DNA of 64,000 nt from an uncultured Akkermansia sp. Lineage in GTDB: Bacteria; Bacteroidota; Bacteroidia; Flavobacteriales_D; Crocinitomicaceae. Shown one piece after another: positions 41,040 to 50,686 of the stretch (position 1 is the first letter of the stretch; each line of letters opens with the position of its first letter). The DNA lies in contig CAZOAH010000011.1 in NCBI GenBank assembly GCA_964577845.1, forward strand, positions 1,916 through 65,915, written 5' to 3'. The notes beneath the pieces are model-generated. The model searched no databases. It saw only the letters and a program-made list of their open reading frames with translations, and had not been told where the DNA came from. The translations under genes were made by a program, and so were the position numbers.

Positions 41040-41747
41040 CTAGTTATTCACAATAGTTCCAACCTTTTCGCCGGAAAGTAATTTAAATAAATTTCCAGGA
41101 GTATCCATGTCAAACACAATAATTGGCAAATTGTTTTCTTTACACAATGTAAAGGCTGTCATATCCATTACTTTTAACCCTTTCTCGTATGCTTCATCAA
41201 AACTGATTCGATCATATTTCGATGCTGTATTATCTTTAAATGGATCGGCAGTATAGATACCATCAACTCTAGTACCCTTCAAAATAACATCCGCATTAAT
41301 TTCAATTGCTCTAAGTGATGCTGCAGAATCAGTAGTGAAAAAAGGATTTCCTGTTCCTGCTCCAAAGATAACTACCCTTCCCTTTTCTAAATGACGTACC
41401 GCTCTTCTTCGAACATAAGGTTCAGCAATTTCTTTCATTTCAATTGCAGATTGCAATCGTGTTTTAATTCCTTCTTTTTCTAAAGCAGCCTGAAGCGCCA
41501 TTGAATTGATCATTGTGGCAAGCATTCCCATATAATCTCCATGTGTGCGGTCCATACCACCTTCCTCAGCTTGAACTCCGCGAAAAATATTCCCTCCGCC
41601 AATAACAATTGCAATCTCCACACCTAAATTATGGATTTCTTTGATTTGTTTGGAATATGACGCCAATCTCAAATTATCTATACCAAATTGTTTATCACCC
41701 ATTAAGGATTCACCACTTAGTTTTAACAGAATACGCTTGTAATTCAA
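41040..41747 (-). CDS. pyrH: UMP kinase
   Basis: [25 protein letters not shown]. Start set at the TTG at 41747 (or 41753), because the track's start at 41822 lies inside the tsf terminator hairpin. Confidence 0.9.
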   Translation of the reverse strand: MNYKRILLKLSGESLMGDKQFGIDNLRLASYSKQIKEIHNLGVEIAIVIGGGNIFRGVQAEEGGMDRTHGDYMGMLATMINSMALQAALEKEGIKTRLQSAIEMKEIAEPYVRRRAVRHLEKGRVVIFGAGTGNPFFTTDSAASLRAIEINADVILKGTRVDGIYTADPFKDNTASKYDRISFDEAYEKGLKVMDMTAFTLCKENNLPIIVFDMDTPGNLFKLLSGEKVGTIVNN

Positions 41748-41802
41748 AATCAATTTATTTGTGAACAAATATAATTTATGTTCTTTATTTAAAAAACCTA
41801 AA

Positions 41803-41832
41803 ACAAAAAAAAAGGCTATCAATCGATAGCCT
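41803..41832 (-). terminator. Rho-independent terminator after tsf
   Basis: Minus strand reads AGGCTATC-gatt-GATAGCCT followed by a run of nine T then GTTTT, 8 nt after the tsf stop. Confidence 0.8.
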
Positions 41833-41839
41833 CTTATTT

Positions 41840-42670
41840 TTAACTTAATGAAAATCGTCTAAAGTCTGTAACTGTCAGATCTTTCTCAGATGAACTCAGA
41901 AAGTCAGCTACGGTTAACTTATTATCACGAACGAAAGCCTGACTTAACAGTGTATTTTCTTGGAAAAATTTGTTTAATCTTCCCATTGCAATTTTTTCAG
42001 CCATGTCAGCAGGTTTTCCCTCTTGAATTGCAAGTTCCTTACCTACTTCAATTTCCCTCTCAATAGTACGTGCATCAACCCCATCTTTATTCAAAGCAAT
42101 AGGATTCATTGCCGCTACCTGCATTGCAACTTGTTTTCCCGCATCTTCTGCAGTTTCTGAACCACTGTTCAGTCCAACAAGTGTAGCCAACTGATTTCCT
42201 GGATGGTTGTATGCTACAACCTTATCAGCTTTAATTGTGCTGTAATTAGATAAATCTAATTTTTCTCCAATTACACCGATTTGTTCCGTTATTTTCTCGT
42301 CAACAGTCAATCTATCGTCATATTTTAATGCTTTCAAATCATCTATAGATGAAGGCATATTATTTAAAGCAATATCAACTAAAGATTGTACAAGTGCTCT
42401 GTAACCATCATTTTTGGCAACGAAATCTGTTTCACAATTCAATGTTAGAATTACACCAGACTTTCCATCTGCACTCGACTGAGCGATAATTAATCCTTCT
42501 CTCGCATCATTATCACCTCTTTTGGCAGCAATTTTTTGTCCCTTTTTTCTTAGGATATCGATAGCAGTTTCAAAATCACCATTAGCTTCCACCAAGGCGT
42601 TTTTACAATCCATCATTCCTGCTCCAGTTTGTTGACGGAGCTTATTTACATCTGCAGCAGTAATTGCCAT
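41840..42670 (-). CDS. tsf: Elongation factor Ts
   Basis: [44 protein letters not shown]. Confidence 0.95.
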   Translation of the reverse strand: MAITAADVNKLRQQTGAGMMDCKNALVEANGDFETAIDILRKKGQKIAAKRGDNDAREGLIIAQSSADGKSGVILTLNCETDFVAKNDGYRALVQSLVDIALNNMPSSIDDLKALKYDDRLTVDEKITEQIGVIGEKLDLSNYSTIKADKVVAYNHPGNQLATLVGLNSGSETAEDAGKQVAMQVAAMNPIALNKDGVDARTIEREIEVGKELAIQEGKPADMAEKIAMGRLNKFFQENTLLSQAFVRDNKLTVADFLSSSEKDLTVTDFRRFSLS

Positions 42671-42694
42671 TTCAAATAAATTTAAAATTTGTTA

Positions 42695-43468
42695 TTAATC
42701 GTTTCCTTCTTTTGATTCTGGTTGTGCTTCTGCACCGACTGTTTCTTCAGCAGTCTCTTCTTTCTCACCTCCTTTAGCTGACTTTCTATCCTCCAGACCT
42801 TCTTTAATAGAACCACAAATGGCATCAAGTATTAAAGAGATAGATTTGGTTGCGTCATCATTAGCAGGAATAGGGAAATCAACCAATTTAGGATTTGAAT
42901 TGGTGTCAACCATTGCGAAAGTAGGGATATTCAAACGTTTAGCCTCATTCAAGGCAATATGCTCTTTCAAAATGTCAACGATGAATATAGCTGCCGGTTG
43001 ACGCGTCATGTCGGCTATAGATCCAAAGTTCTTTTCCAACTTCTCACGCTGACGGGTTTTAAATAACTTTTCTCGTTTATTCAAAGTCTCCCATGAGCCA
43101 TCGGACTTCATTTTATCAATGGTTGCCATCTTACGAATTGACTTTCTTGTTGTTTGAAAGTTGGTTAACATTCCACCTGACCATCTTTCTGTAACAAACG
43201 GCATATTCACTTCCGCAACCTTTTGGGCAACGATTTCTTTCGCTTGTTTTTTTGTTGCAACAAACAATACTTTTTTACCTGACTTGGCAATTTGTTTCAT
43301 TGCTGCGCAAGCCTGATCCAAATGAGCGATAGTCTTGTTCAAATCAATGATATGAATTCCTTTTTTCTCCTCAAAAATGTATGGAGCCATTGCAGGATTC
43401 CATTTTCTTTTCAAGTGACCAAAATGAACACCTGCTTCTAATAAATTTTCGAAATTAACTTTTGACAT
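42695..43468 (-). CDS. rpsB: 30S ribosomal protein S2
   Basis: LLEAGVHFGHLKRKWNPAMAPYIF. Confidence 0.95.
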   Translation of the reverse strand: MSKVNFENLLEAGVHFGHLKRKWNPAMAPYIFEEKKGIHIIDLNKTIAHLDQACAAMKQIAKSGKKVLFVATKKQAKEIVAQKVAEVNMPFVTERWSGGMLTNFQTTRKSIRKMATIDKMKSDGSWETLNKREKLFKTRQREKLEKNFGSIADMTRQPAAIFIVDILKEHIALNEAKRLNIPTFAMVDTNSNPKLVDFPIPANDDATKSISLILDAICGSIKEGLEDRKSAKGGEKEETAEETVGAEAQPESKEGND

Positions 43469-43593
43469 TTTTCTTTTTTTAAAATTGTTTACATTCCTTT
43501 ATTGCCATTCAAGGCACTAGTACATCACAACAAACAAAGGGTCCTTTCGGAAGATACTTTGTAGTTTGGATACTAAACAACCAATAGCCCGAA

Positions 43594-43980
43594 TTAACGC
43601 TTCGAGAACTGGAATTTCTTACGTGCTTTGGGCTGTCCAGATTTCTTACGTTCAACCATTCTAGGGTCACGTGTCATTAAGCCTTCAGCTTTTAATAATG
43701 TTTTATTTTCTTCAGCAACCTCAACCAATGCTCTTGAAATACCTAAACGAATTGCCTCTGCTTGGCCATTAATTCCACCTCCAAACACGTTTACTTTCAC
43801 ATCATATTGTCCTGTTGAATTGGTCAATACGAATGGTTGTTGAATTTTTGATTGAAGAACAGCGACAGGAAATGCTTCTTTATAATCTTTTCTGTTAACG
43901 ATTACCTTTCCGGATCCTTTTGTCAAGTATACACGTGCAACAGATGTTTTACGTCTACCGGTTGTATTGATTACTTCCAT
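43594..43980 (-). CDS. rpsI: 30S ribosomal protein S9
   Basis: GRRKTSVARVYL...; C-terminus PKARKKFQFSKR. Confidence 0.95.
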   Translation of the reverse strand: MEVINTTGRRKTSVARVYLTKGSGKVIVNRKDYKEAFPVAVLQSKIQQPFVLTNSTGQYDVKVNVFGGGINGQAEAIRLGISRALVEVAEENKTLLKAEGLMTRDPRMVERKKSGQPKARKKFQFSKR

Positions 43981-43985
43981 GCTTT

Positions 43986-44441
43986 TTATTTAAATGTATC
44001 TAAATTAAAAATTTCAGGTTGTTGCGCTTGTTGCTTATGCTCAGCTCCAACATACACTTTAAGATTCGTATATAACTTTCTTCCCAATTTATTTTTAGGG
44101 AGCATTCCTTTTACAGCCTTTTCAATCAAACGCTCAGGGTGCTTGCTTAACATTTCTTGAGCCGTAGTAATGCGCTGACCACCAGGATAACCCGTATATC
44201 TAACGTATTCTTTATCCACTAGCTTTGTTCCGGAAAAAGCAATTTTTTCAGCATTGATTACAATTACGTTGTCCCCACAATCTGCGTGTGGTGTGTAGTT
44301 GGTTTTGTGCTTTCCTCTGATAATCTTAGCCACTTTACTTGCCAAACGACCAACTGTTTGACCTTCGGCATCAACAACCAACCACTTTTTATTAGCAGTC
44401 TCCTTATTACCAGAAACGGTTTTATAACTTAACGTATTCAC
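43986..44441 (-). CDS. rplM: 50S ribosomal protein L13
   Basis: KWLVVDAEGQTVGRLASKVAKIIRGKHK. Confidence 0.95.
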   Translation of the reverse strand: MNTLSYKTVSGNKETANKKWLVVDAEGQTVGRLASKVAKIIRGKHKTNYTPHADCGDNVIVINAEKIAFSGTKLVDKEYVRYTGYPGGQRITTAQEMLSKHPERLIEKAVKGMLPKNKLGRKLYTNLKVYVGAEHKQQAQQPEIFNLDTFK

Positions 44442-44483
44442 AATTCTTCAATTAAATAAGACATTTACCCTATTTTGGGGGTG

Positions 44484-44491
44484 CAAAGATA
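44484..44491 (-). promoter_or_regulatory. Candidate -7 box (TAnnTTTG) for rplM-rpsI
   Basis: Minus strand reads TATCTTTG, about 43 nt upstream of the rplM ATG at 44441. Confidence 0.4.
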
Positions 44492-44583
44492 GAACTTCTA
44501 AATTTATTAACAAATGATTTTTTAAAAAAGAATGGAAATAATTCACTTTTACCATTAATAATGAGAAAAGAGGTTCCGATCAA

Positions 44584-45357
44584 TTATTTAGATTTGAAAG
44601 AATTTATAGCATTCACGGTAAAGTCGCTCAATACCAAGTTACCACTAATGGCTGCCCTCTCAATCAACAAATTGTCCCAATGATCTGTTCCCTGCCAGAA
44701 AATTGACTTCAACTGGGCCATGGCTTCAGGATTTGATTTCGCTAACTTGTTTGACAATTTTAGGATTTCAGCATCCATTTCTTCCGTTGAATCATAAACA
44801 TCTGTAAATAAACCCTTTTTCTTGGCCCATTCAGCAGAACGCCATTCTGTTGCATTGATGGCAAGTTCGCTCATGGCTGATAGTCCAATCTTTCTTTCAA
44901 CGGCAGGCCCAACAACAAAAGGACCTATACCCACTGCTAATTCAGAAAGTTTAACATCTGCGTATCTTGTTGCCAGACAATAATCTACTGCAGATGCAAT
45001 TCCCACACCACCACCAACAGCTTTACCATGAACCCTACCAATAATTAATTTTGGAGCTTTTCTGCATGCATTAATTACATTGGCAAATCCAGAAAAAAAT
45101 GTCTTTCCGGTTTCCAAATCTTTAATCGCTATTAACTCGTCAAAACTTGCTCCAGCACAAAAGGCTTTTTCACCTCCTGAAGTTAAAACAATCACCTTCA
45201 CTTGATCGTCATTTCCGAGTTTTGTAATTGTTTCAGCAAGTTTGCTTAAAATTTTACCTGGAAGTGAATTACTCATTGGGTGCCCAAATTCAATTGTAGC
45301 AACACCAATATCGTTAATATTAAAATTAACATAGCCTTGATCTTTATCTAGACTCAT
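44584..45357 (-). CDS. Enoyl-CoA hydratase/isomerase (crotonase) family protein
   Basis: VIVLTSGGEKAFCAGASFDEL, GKAVGGGVGIA. Confidence 0.85.
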   Translation of the reverse strand: MSLDKDQGYVNFNINDIGVATIEFGHPMSNSLPGKILSKLAETITKLGNDDQVKVIVLTSGGEKAFCAGASFDELIAIKDLETGKTFFSGFANVINACRKAPKLIIGRVHGKAVGGGVGIASAVDYCLATRYADVKLSELAVGIGPFVVGPAVERKIGLSAMSELAINATEWRSAEWAKKKGLFTDVYDSTEEMDAEILKLSNKLAKSNPEAMAQLKSIFWQGTDHWDNLLIERAAISGNLVLSDFTVNAINSFKSK

Positions 45358-45392
45358 CGTGTTTAAACTGTTTAATGATTATAGAATTAATA

Positions 45393-45710
45393 TTAGTTTG
45401 GCCTTTGAGCTTTTTGAAAATGGGGTTTCTTTTTAGACTCTTCTTTATTTTTAATTGGACGATTCCCTTTTGGGGAGGCAATTTTAACATCCAATTTACG
45501 CCCGTTAATTTCCATTCCGTTCAATGCATTAATTGCATTAATTGCGTGGTCTGTTTCAGCCATTTCTACATAACCAAAACCCTTAGAACGTTTGGTATCT
45601 TTTTCAAAAACAACATGAGCATATAGTACAGGCCCAAAAGAAGAAAAGGTAGTTCGCAAATCATCAGAGGTTATTTCCCAGTCTAAATTTGCTATAAAAA
45701 TATTAACCAT
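45393..45710 (-). CDS. RRM-type RNA-binding protein
   Basis: RNP2 NIFIANL and RNP1 KGFGYVEM. Basic C-terminal tail. Confidence 0.85.
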   Translation of the reverse strand: MVNIFIANLDWEITSDDLRTTFSSFGPVLYAHVVFEKDTKRSKGFGYVEMAETDHAINAINALNGMEINGRKLDVKIASPKGNRPIKNKEESKKKPHFQKAQRPN

Positions 45711-45729
45711 TATTTTTTATCGAAACATT

Positions 45730-46707
45730 TTATTTTAATGTGAAGCTATCAGAACCGATTAACATTCCGTCACAATAAATCTTAATTTTATAATTTCCTG
45801 AAAGCGCTGTTTGTCCTTTCAAATCATAATAAATTGTAACATCTACACTTTGATTTCTGTAATCTATTTCTTTTTTATCTGAATAAGAAATTGGACCACT
45901 ATCAGTTTGAAGCACATTGGTTGATTTGGACTGCATTGTTTTACCATCCGGATTCATAATCTGCATGTAGATTACTTTTGTACCTGCTGACGCTAACGTA
46001 TTTTCTGACAAGGTAAAGGAAGAACGTATTTGAACTGTATTTTTGGCTTTTGTTGTTACTTCTGAAGTATTGTTCAACTTCATTTTTAGCGCCTCAGTAA
46101 CAATCCCATAAGCCTGTAACTTTGCCCCTTTTTTAACCTGCTCTGCCTTTTGTTCAGCATCAGCTTTATAGACATCTCTTTCTTCTATTGTTGAATTCAA
46201 TTTAACCGTTCTATCATCTAGTTCTCTTGTCAAATTATCTTTTTCCTCATTCAATTTGACAATATCACTCACATAGCCCCGCATTATTTCTCTCAAAGTC
46301 TCATTCTCTCTTTTAAGTTTTGCCAATTGAGATGCATTCATATTTTTTGTGCTGTTTATTTCGTTAATTAAGGCTTGAATTTTTGCCTTTTGAATATTCA
46401 ATGAGTCTGCTTTGCTTTTGTCTTGCTCAATTAACGCATCATATGTCTGAAGCATGTTTAAAAAATCTGCTTTTAAATCGCTTGCAGTATTAATATCTCT
46501 ATCTCCTAAGTTAGCTGAGAGCAATTTCTTTAATCCATCTAATTCAGTTTGACTTTTTGTGAAACCTTCAGAGCAAGCATTTAACTCCTCATTTTTTTGC
46601 GACCACAAATAGGCCATATAACCGATACCTCCGATAAGAAGTAAAATTATGGCCATTAAAATTAAGGATGTCTTTTTTCCACCATCATTTCTATCTTCTT
46701 CAGTCAT
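45730..46707 (-). CDS. Membrane-anchored coiled-coil protein with a C-terminal beta-rich domain (hypothetical)
   Basis: TM helix SLILMAIILLLIGGIGYMAYLW, then about 170 aa of heptad-like K/E/L-rich sequence. ATG at 46707 chosen because a -7 box lies inside the longer track ORF. Confidence 0.6.
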   Translation of the reverse strand: MTEEDRNDGGKKTSLILMAIILLLIGGIGYMAYLWSQKNEELNACSEGFTKSQTELDGLKKLLSANLGDRDINTASDLKADFLNMLQTYDALIEQDKSKADSLNIQKAKIQALINEINSTKNMNASQLAKLKRENETLREIMRGYVSDIVKLNEEKDNLTRELDDRTVKLNSTIEERDVYKADAEQKAEQVKKGAKLQAYGIVTEALKMKLNNTSEVTTKAKNTVQIRSSFTLSENTLASAGTKVIYMQIMNPDGKTMQSKSTNVLQTDSGPISYSDKKEIDYRNQSVDVTIYYDLKGQTALSGNYKIKIYCDGMLIGSDSFTLK

Positions 46708-46730
46708 AGCTAAAAAATTATAAACAATTA

Positions 46731-46738
46731 CAAATGTA
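46731..46738 (-). promoter_or_regulatory. Candidate -7 box (TAnnTTTG) for the coiled-coil/RRM/crotonase genes
   Basis: Minus strand reads TACATTTG, 24 nt upstream of the ATG at 46707. Confidence 0.35.
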
Positions 46739-46785
46739 AGCATTACAATGTACGGATTGAAATGTTACATTATTTTTTACGAAAA

Positions 46786-48372
46786 TTATCTTATAATTTC
46801 AGCGAATGATAATTTTCCATTAATTCGACGCAGCACATTCAACGGATTTTTATCCTTCAGTAGATCTGGAAGCAATGCATCAGGGAAATTTTGAAAACAT
46901 ATAGGCCTCAAAAATCTATCTATCGCATCAATTCCAACTGCACCAAATCTATTATCTGTTGAGGCAGGAAACGGACCCCCGTGATGCATTGAATCACATA
47001 CCCTAACCCCAGTTGGAACATTATTAAAATTTACACGACCAGCCTTGTTTTGAAATATTGATATACATTTCATTATCTTTCGATCGGTGTGAAATTTGGG
47101 ATCAACAAAAATTGATGACGTCAACTGACCGTCCAATGATTCAAGACAATCAGTAAGTTCTGAATGGTCTTTGCATTCTACGACCATACAAATAGGACCA
47201 AAAAACTCTTCCTTGAAGATTAAATTCGAAATAAAAAAGGATCCAGAAATCCTAATTGCCTGAGGAAAAACTGAGGATTTAGAATCTATTTGGAACCTAT
47301 CAAATTTGAACACTTCATAAAGTTTATCCAATTGACTTTCCAAGTTATTCTTAAGTCTTGGATGCACCATTGTTTTAGCACCATTATTTTGAACCTTTTG
47401 ATTAAGTATTTGGATGAAATCCTCTACATTTTCTCCAGACTCTATAAAAATCAACCCAGGTTTTGTACAAAATTGACCCGCATCATTGGTTATTGATGTT
47501 GCTATATCACTGGTCCATTTATCCATATGCTCACATAAGGAGCGATTATCAACCACAATTGGATTGAGACTGCCCATCTCTGCGAATACTGGAATAGGTT
47601 CATTACGTTTCGCCGCGATGTCAAACAAGGCTTTACCACCCTGCAAGCTACCGGTAAAAGCAACACCTTTCACCATTGGGTGGTTAACTAATTTAGCACC
47701 AGCTTCAATACCTGATCCGTTAAGATTTGAAAATACTCCGTCTGGAAGATTCGTTAATTTCTGAGCTTTTATGATAACTTCTGCGACCAACTCTCCTGTA
47801 CCTGCATGCATGGGATGCGACTTCACAATAACTGTACATCCTGCTGCCAAAGCAGAAACAGTATCGCCACCTAATGTAGAATATGCAAGAGGAAAATTAC
47901 TTGCACCAAAAACAACAATTGGCCCAATACCAACCTTTATTTTACGTGTATCCGCACTTGGCTGATTGTGAATTTGAATCGAAGTATCAATAGACGGTAT
48001 AATCAATTCATTTTTTTCGAGCAGTCTTGAATATTGTTGAATTTGGGTTATCGTCCTATTGAATTCATTTTCAGCCCTTAATTTTGAAAGCCCTGATTCC
48101 AATTGATACAATTCCAAAACATTCTCCCTTGCAACGAGCATTTCACTTTCCAGAGCTCGAAAGAACATTAATTTCTGCTGTGATGAGAAAAACTTGTATT
48201 CTTCAAAAGCTTTTGACGCAAGCACTACTGCTTCATTTATTTCGGCAGATGTGGCATCAAAAAATAAAGTTGGATTTTCTTTTTCTAGATAGTGATTGTA
48301 TGTTTGAAAAGTTATTTGACCTTCAGCAGACAATCGTTGTCCAATGTAATTCTTTCCCGTTATCACGGTCAA
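46786..48372 (-). CDS. Aldehyde dehydrogenase family protein (2,5-dioxovalerate/KGSADH-like)
   Basis: FTGSLQGGKAL, EMGSLNP, catalytic Cys in DAGQFCTKPG. Confidence 0.8.
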   Translation of the reverse strand: MTVITGKNYIGQRLSAEGQITFQTYNHYLEKENPTLFFDATSAEINEAVVLASKAFEEYKFFSSQQKLMFFRALESEMLVARENVLELYQLESGLSKLRAENEFNRTITQIQQYSRLLEKNELIIPSIDTSIQIHNQPSADTRKIKVGIGPIVVFGASNFPLAYSTLGGDTVSALAAGCTVIVKSHPMHAGTGELVAEVIIKAQKLTNLPDGVFSNLNGSGIEAGAKLVNHPMVKGVAFTGSLQGGKALFDIAAKRNEPIPVFAEMGSLNPIVVDNRSLCEHMDKWTSDIATSITNDAGQFCTKPGLIFIESGENVEDFIQILNQKVQNNGAKTMVHPRLKNNLESQLDKLYEVFKFDRFQIDSKSSVFPQAIRISGSFFISNLIFKEEFFGPICMVVECKDHSELTDCLESLDGQLTSSIFVDPKFHTDRKIMKCISIFQNKAGRVNFNNVPTGVRVCDSMHHGGPFPASTDNRFGAVGIDAIDRFLRPICFQNFPDALLPDLLKDKNPLNVLRRINGKLSFAEIIR

Positions 48373-48374
48373 AA

Positions 48375-48626
48375 TTAAGCTTGATGAATCTCAAAAGAAT
48401 AGGTTTCCATGATTTGATTGCACAGCAATTTCTTACAAGCATCTTCAACTTTTAAAGAAGCCTCTTCAGTTGATGAAGCATCAATAAACAATCTGACATG
48501 ACGACCAATTCTTACGTCTTCGATTTCAGGAAGGCCTATACTTTTCATGGTGTTGGATACTGCTTTTCCTTGTGGATCAAGTAAGGCATCGTGTGGCATT
48601 ACGTCAATTTCTGCTCTGAACTTCAT
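48375..48626 (-). CDS. purS: Phosphoribosylformylglycinamidine synthase subunit PurS
   Basis: 83 aa. ALLDPQGKAVSNTMKSIGL. Confidence 0.85.
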   Translation of the reverse strand: MKFRAEIDVMPHDALLDPQGKAVSNTMKSIGLPEIEDVRIGRHVRLFIDASSTEEASLKVEDACKKLLCNQIMETYSFEIHQA

Positions 48627-49449
48627 TTTTTTGTTTTTGTAAATTGAAATTAAAGATGGATAAAATTAGGTATAAAAATACAATTATAGGTATCGACCAA
48701 ACTTTCAGCGATATAATTAAAACCGCACTTATTGAAAGAAAACCATACTTAATGTAGTTCGATTTCCAATCGAAGGTTGAAAATTTCAAAGCCATTAATG
48801 GAATCTCTGTAATCATTAAAAAGGCCATTACAATGGTTATTGCACCAACAATATAAGTGTCAAAAATGTATAGATATGGTCTTGGATCAAAGGACCATTT
48901 TCCAAAATCAAACCAAAGTAGTAATGGAAAAAAGGTTAAAAATAAAGTGTTTAGTGGTGTCGGAACTCCTAAAAATCCATTTGATTGCCGCTTATCTAAA
49001 TTAAATTTTGCCAGTCGAAACATCGAAAGGATAGGAATTATTAATGCGATTAACGGAAAGTACTTGATTGATGCATCCATACCATTTGGCACACCATAAA
49101 AAAGCGCGTTCACCCATGTATTCCATTCATAGTGAACGTGGGAGCTAAATGCTTCCTTATTATATACAGGTCCTCCGAAATTTATTGTGACAACCAGTAC
49201 AACCATCATCATTATTCCGGGAGCAACACCAAAAGACACAACATCAGCAAGGGAATCCAGCTGTTTTCCCAATTCACTATTTGACTTAAATATTCGGGCA
49301 GCAAAACCATCAAGAAAATCAAAAGATGCTGCAAAAAGCAACAATATAGGCGCCCAATCTAAACGACCACTAACTGAACATAAAATACTAATTAAACCAC
49401 AAAATAGATTTGAGGCAGTTAGGATATTGGGCAAGGTGAATAACTTCAT
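48604..49449 (-). CDS. pssA: CDP-diacylglycerol--serine O-phosphatidyltransferase (CDP-alcohol phosphatidyltransferase family)
   Basis: DFLDGFAARIFKSNSELGKQLDSLADVVSFG, i.e. the motif D(x2)DG(x2)AR...G(x3)D(x3)D. Confidence 0.85.
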   Translation of the reverse strand: MKLFTLPNILTASNLFCGLISILCSVSGRLDWAPILLLFAASFDFLDGFAARIFKSNSELGKQLDSLADVVSFGVAPGIMMMVVLVVTINFGGPVYNKEAFSSHVHYEWNTWVNALFYGVPNGMDASIKYFPLIALIIPILSMFRLAKFNLDKRQSNGFLGVPTPLNTLFLTFFPLLLWFDFGKWSFDPRPYLYIFDTYIVGAITIVMAFLMITEIPLMALKFSTFDWKSNYIKYGFLSISAVLIISLKVWSIPIIVFLYLILSIFNFNLQKQKNEVQSRN

Positions 49450-49590
49450 TAAAAAATCAAAATCTAAATCAGAATATAAAAATTGAATTCCGTAAATTTA
49501 CCTTTTAATATTACAGAGTCAAAAGCGGAGTATACAATTTTTTTACGATTATGGTGTTAAGTAATTGAAATTTTTAATCTCTACCGATAA

Positions 49591-50685
49591 ATGAAGTCGA
49601 TTATCATTTGTGTTATAAGTATAATTTCTTTTCAGCTTTATGGACAAGATGGTTCGCTTGCTCCGAAATACTCGAACGAATTTTTATCTATTGGAATAGG
49701 CGCAGACGCTCTCGGATTGGGGAATGCAGTGGTTGGCCAAACTTCAGGTGTAAACTCGGGTTATTGGAATCCAGCAGGATTAACCAAGGTTAATGATTGG
49801 CTAGAAGTTGGATTAATGCATTCTGAGTACTTTGCTGGAATTGCAAAATATGATTATTTGGGTTTGGCGCACAAGATCGATGACAAAAGTGCGGTTGGTT
49901 TTTCAGTAATTAGATTTGCTGTTGATGACATTCCAAACACAACGCAACTCATAGACAATGCAGGCAACATTGATTATGACAAAATAACCAGTTTTACTGC
50001 TGCCGATTATGCATTTTTAACAAGTTACTCCAGAAAACTTGGAGTTGAAGGACTTAGTGTTGGTGGAAACTTCAAAGTAATTCATAGGAAAGTAGGTGAT
50101 TTTGCTAAATCGTGGGGTTTTGGTTTGGATGCTGGCATTCAATATGATTTGGGAAACAAATGGAAATTTGGCGGCATGTTACGTGACGTGACTTCAACTT
50201 TCAATGCTTGGGTTTTCACTTTGGACGATGCTACAAAAGAGGTATTTCTTGCCACTGGAAACGATTTACCTGAAAATGGACTTGAACTCACTTTGCCAAA
50301 ACTTATTCTTGCTGGATATAGAAAATTTGACATCACTGAATCTGGTTTGTATGCCTCTTGTGAATTGGACTTGGATGTAAGTACTGATGGTAGAAGAAAT
50401 ACATTAATAAGAACCGGATTGTTTTCAATTGATCCCCACATGGGGATTTCGGTAGGATTTAAAAACTATGTTACAGTTCGAGCGGGTTTTTCAAATTTTC
50501 AATATGTTAAAAATTTTGACGATAGTCAATCTTTAAATTTTCAACCAAACATTGGTTTAGGAGTGAATCTTAAGAATTTTTATCTTGATTACGCATTCAC
50601 CGATATAGGTGATGCATCCGTTGCGCTATATTCGCACGTCATATCTTTAAGATTGAAATTGAAAAAACCTTCCAATATGAAGTGA
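49591..50685 (+). CDS. PorV/PorQ-family T9SS-associated outer-membrane beta-barrel protein
   Basis: Signal peptide. The N-terminal motif IGADALGLGNAVVGQTSGVNSGYWNPAGL parallels the PorV motif (DAR..GMG...WNPA). Alternating beta-strand pattern throughout. The stop is 1 nt before the C25 gene start. Confidence 0.65.
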   Translation: MKSIIICVISIISFQLYGQDGSLAPKYSNEFLSIGIGADALGLGNAVVGQTSGVNSGYWNPAGLTKVNDWLEVGLMHSEYFAGIAKYDYLGLAHKIDDKSAVGFSVIRFAVDDIPNTTQLIDNAGNIDYDKITSFTAADYAFLTSYSRKLGVEGLSVGGNFKVIHRKVGDFAKSWGFGLDAGIQYDLGNKWKFGGMLRDVTSTFNAWVFTLDDATKEVFLATGNDLPENGLELTLPKLILAGYRKFDITESGLYASCELDLDVSTDGRRNTLIRTGLFSIDPHMGISVGFKNYVTVRAGFSNFQYVKNFDDSQSLNFQPNIGLGVNLKNFYLDYAFTDIGDASVALYSHVISLRLKLKKPSNMK

Positions 50686-50686
50686 T

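Noticed and set aside
41748-41822. The longer pyrH ORF starting at 41822, as in the track.
   Set aside because: The extension runs through the tsf terminator hairpin and T-tract, and encodes a hydrophobic non-conserved peptide. UMP kinases begin close to [11 protein letters not shown].
43535-43561. A hairpin between rpsI and rpsB (CAAAG...TCC-GAAA-GGA...CTTTG on the minus strand), considered as a terminator or an S2 autoregulatory leader.
   Set aside because: It has only 5+3 base pairs with internal mismatches and no clean T-tract, and I know no matching leader consensus for Bacteroidota. Too weak to call.
48604-48626. The 23-nt overlap between the pssA 3' end and the purS start, considered as a possible frameshift or fusion site.
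   Set aside because: Both proteins are complete and of normal length in their own frames. Same-strand overlaps are common in this compact genome.
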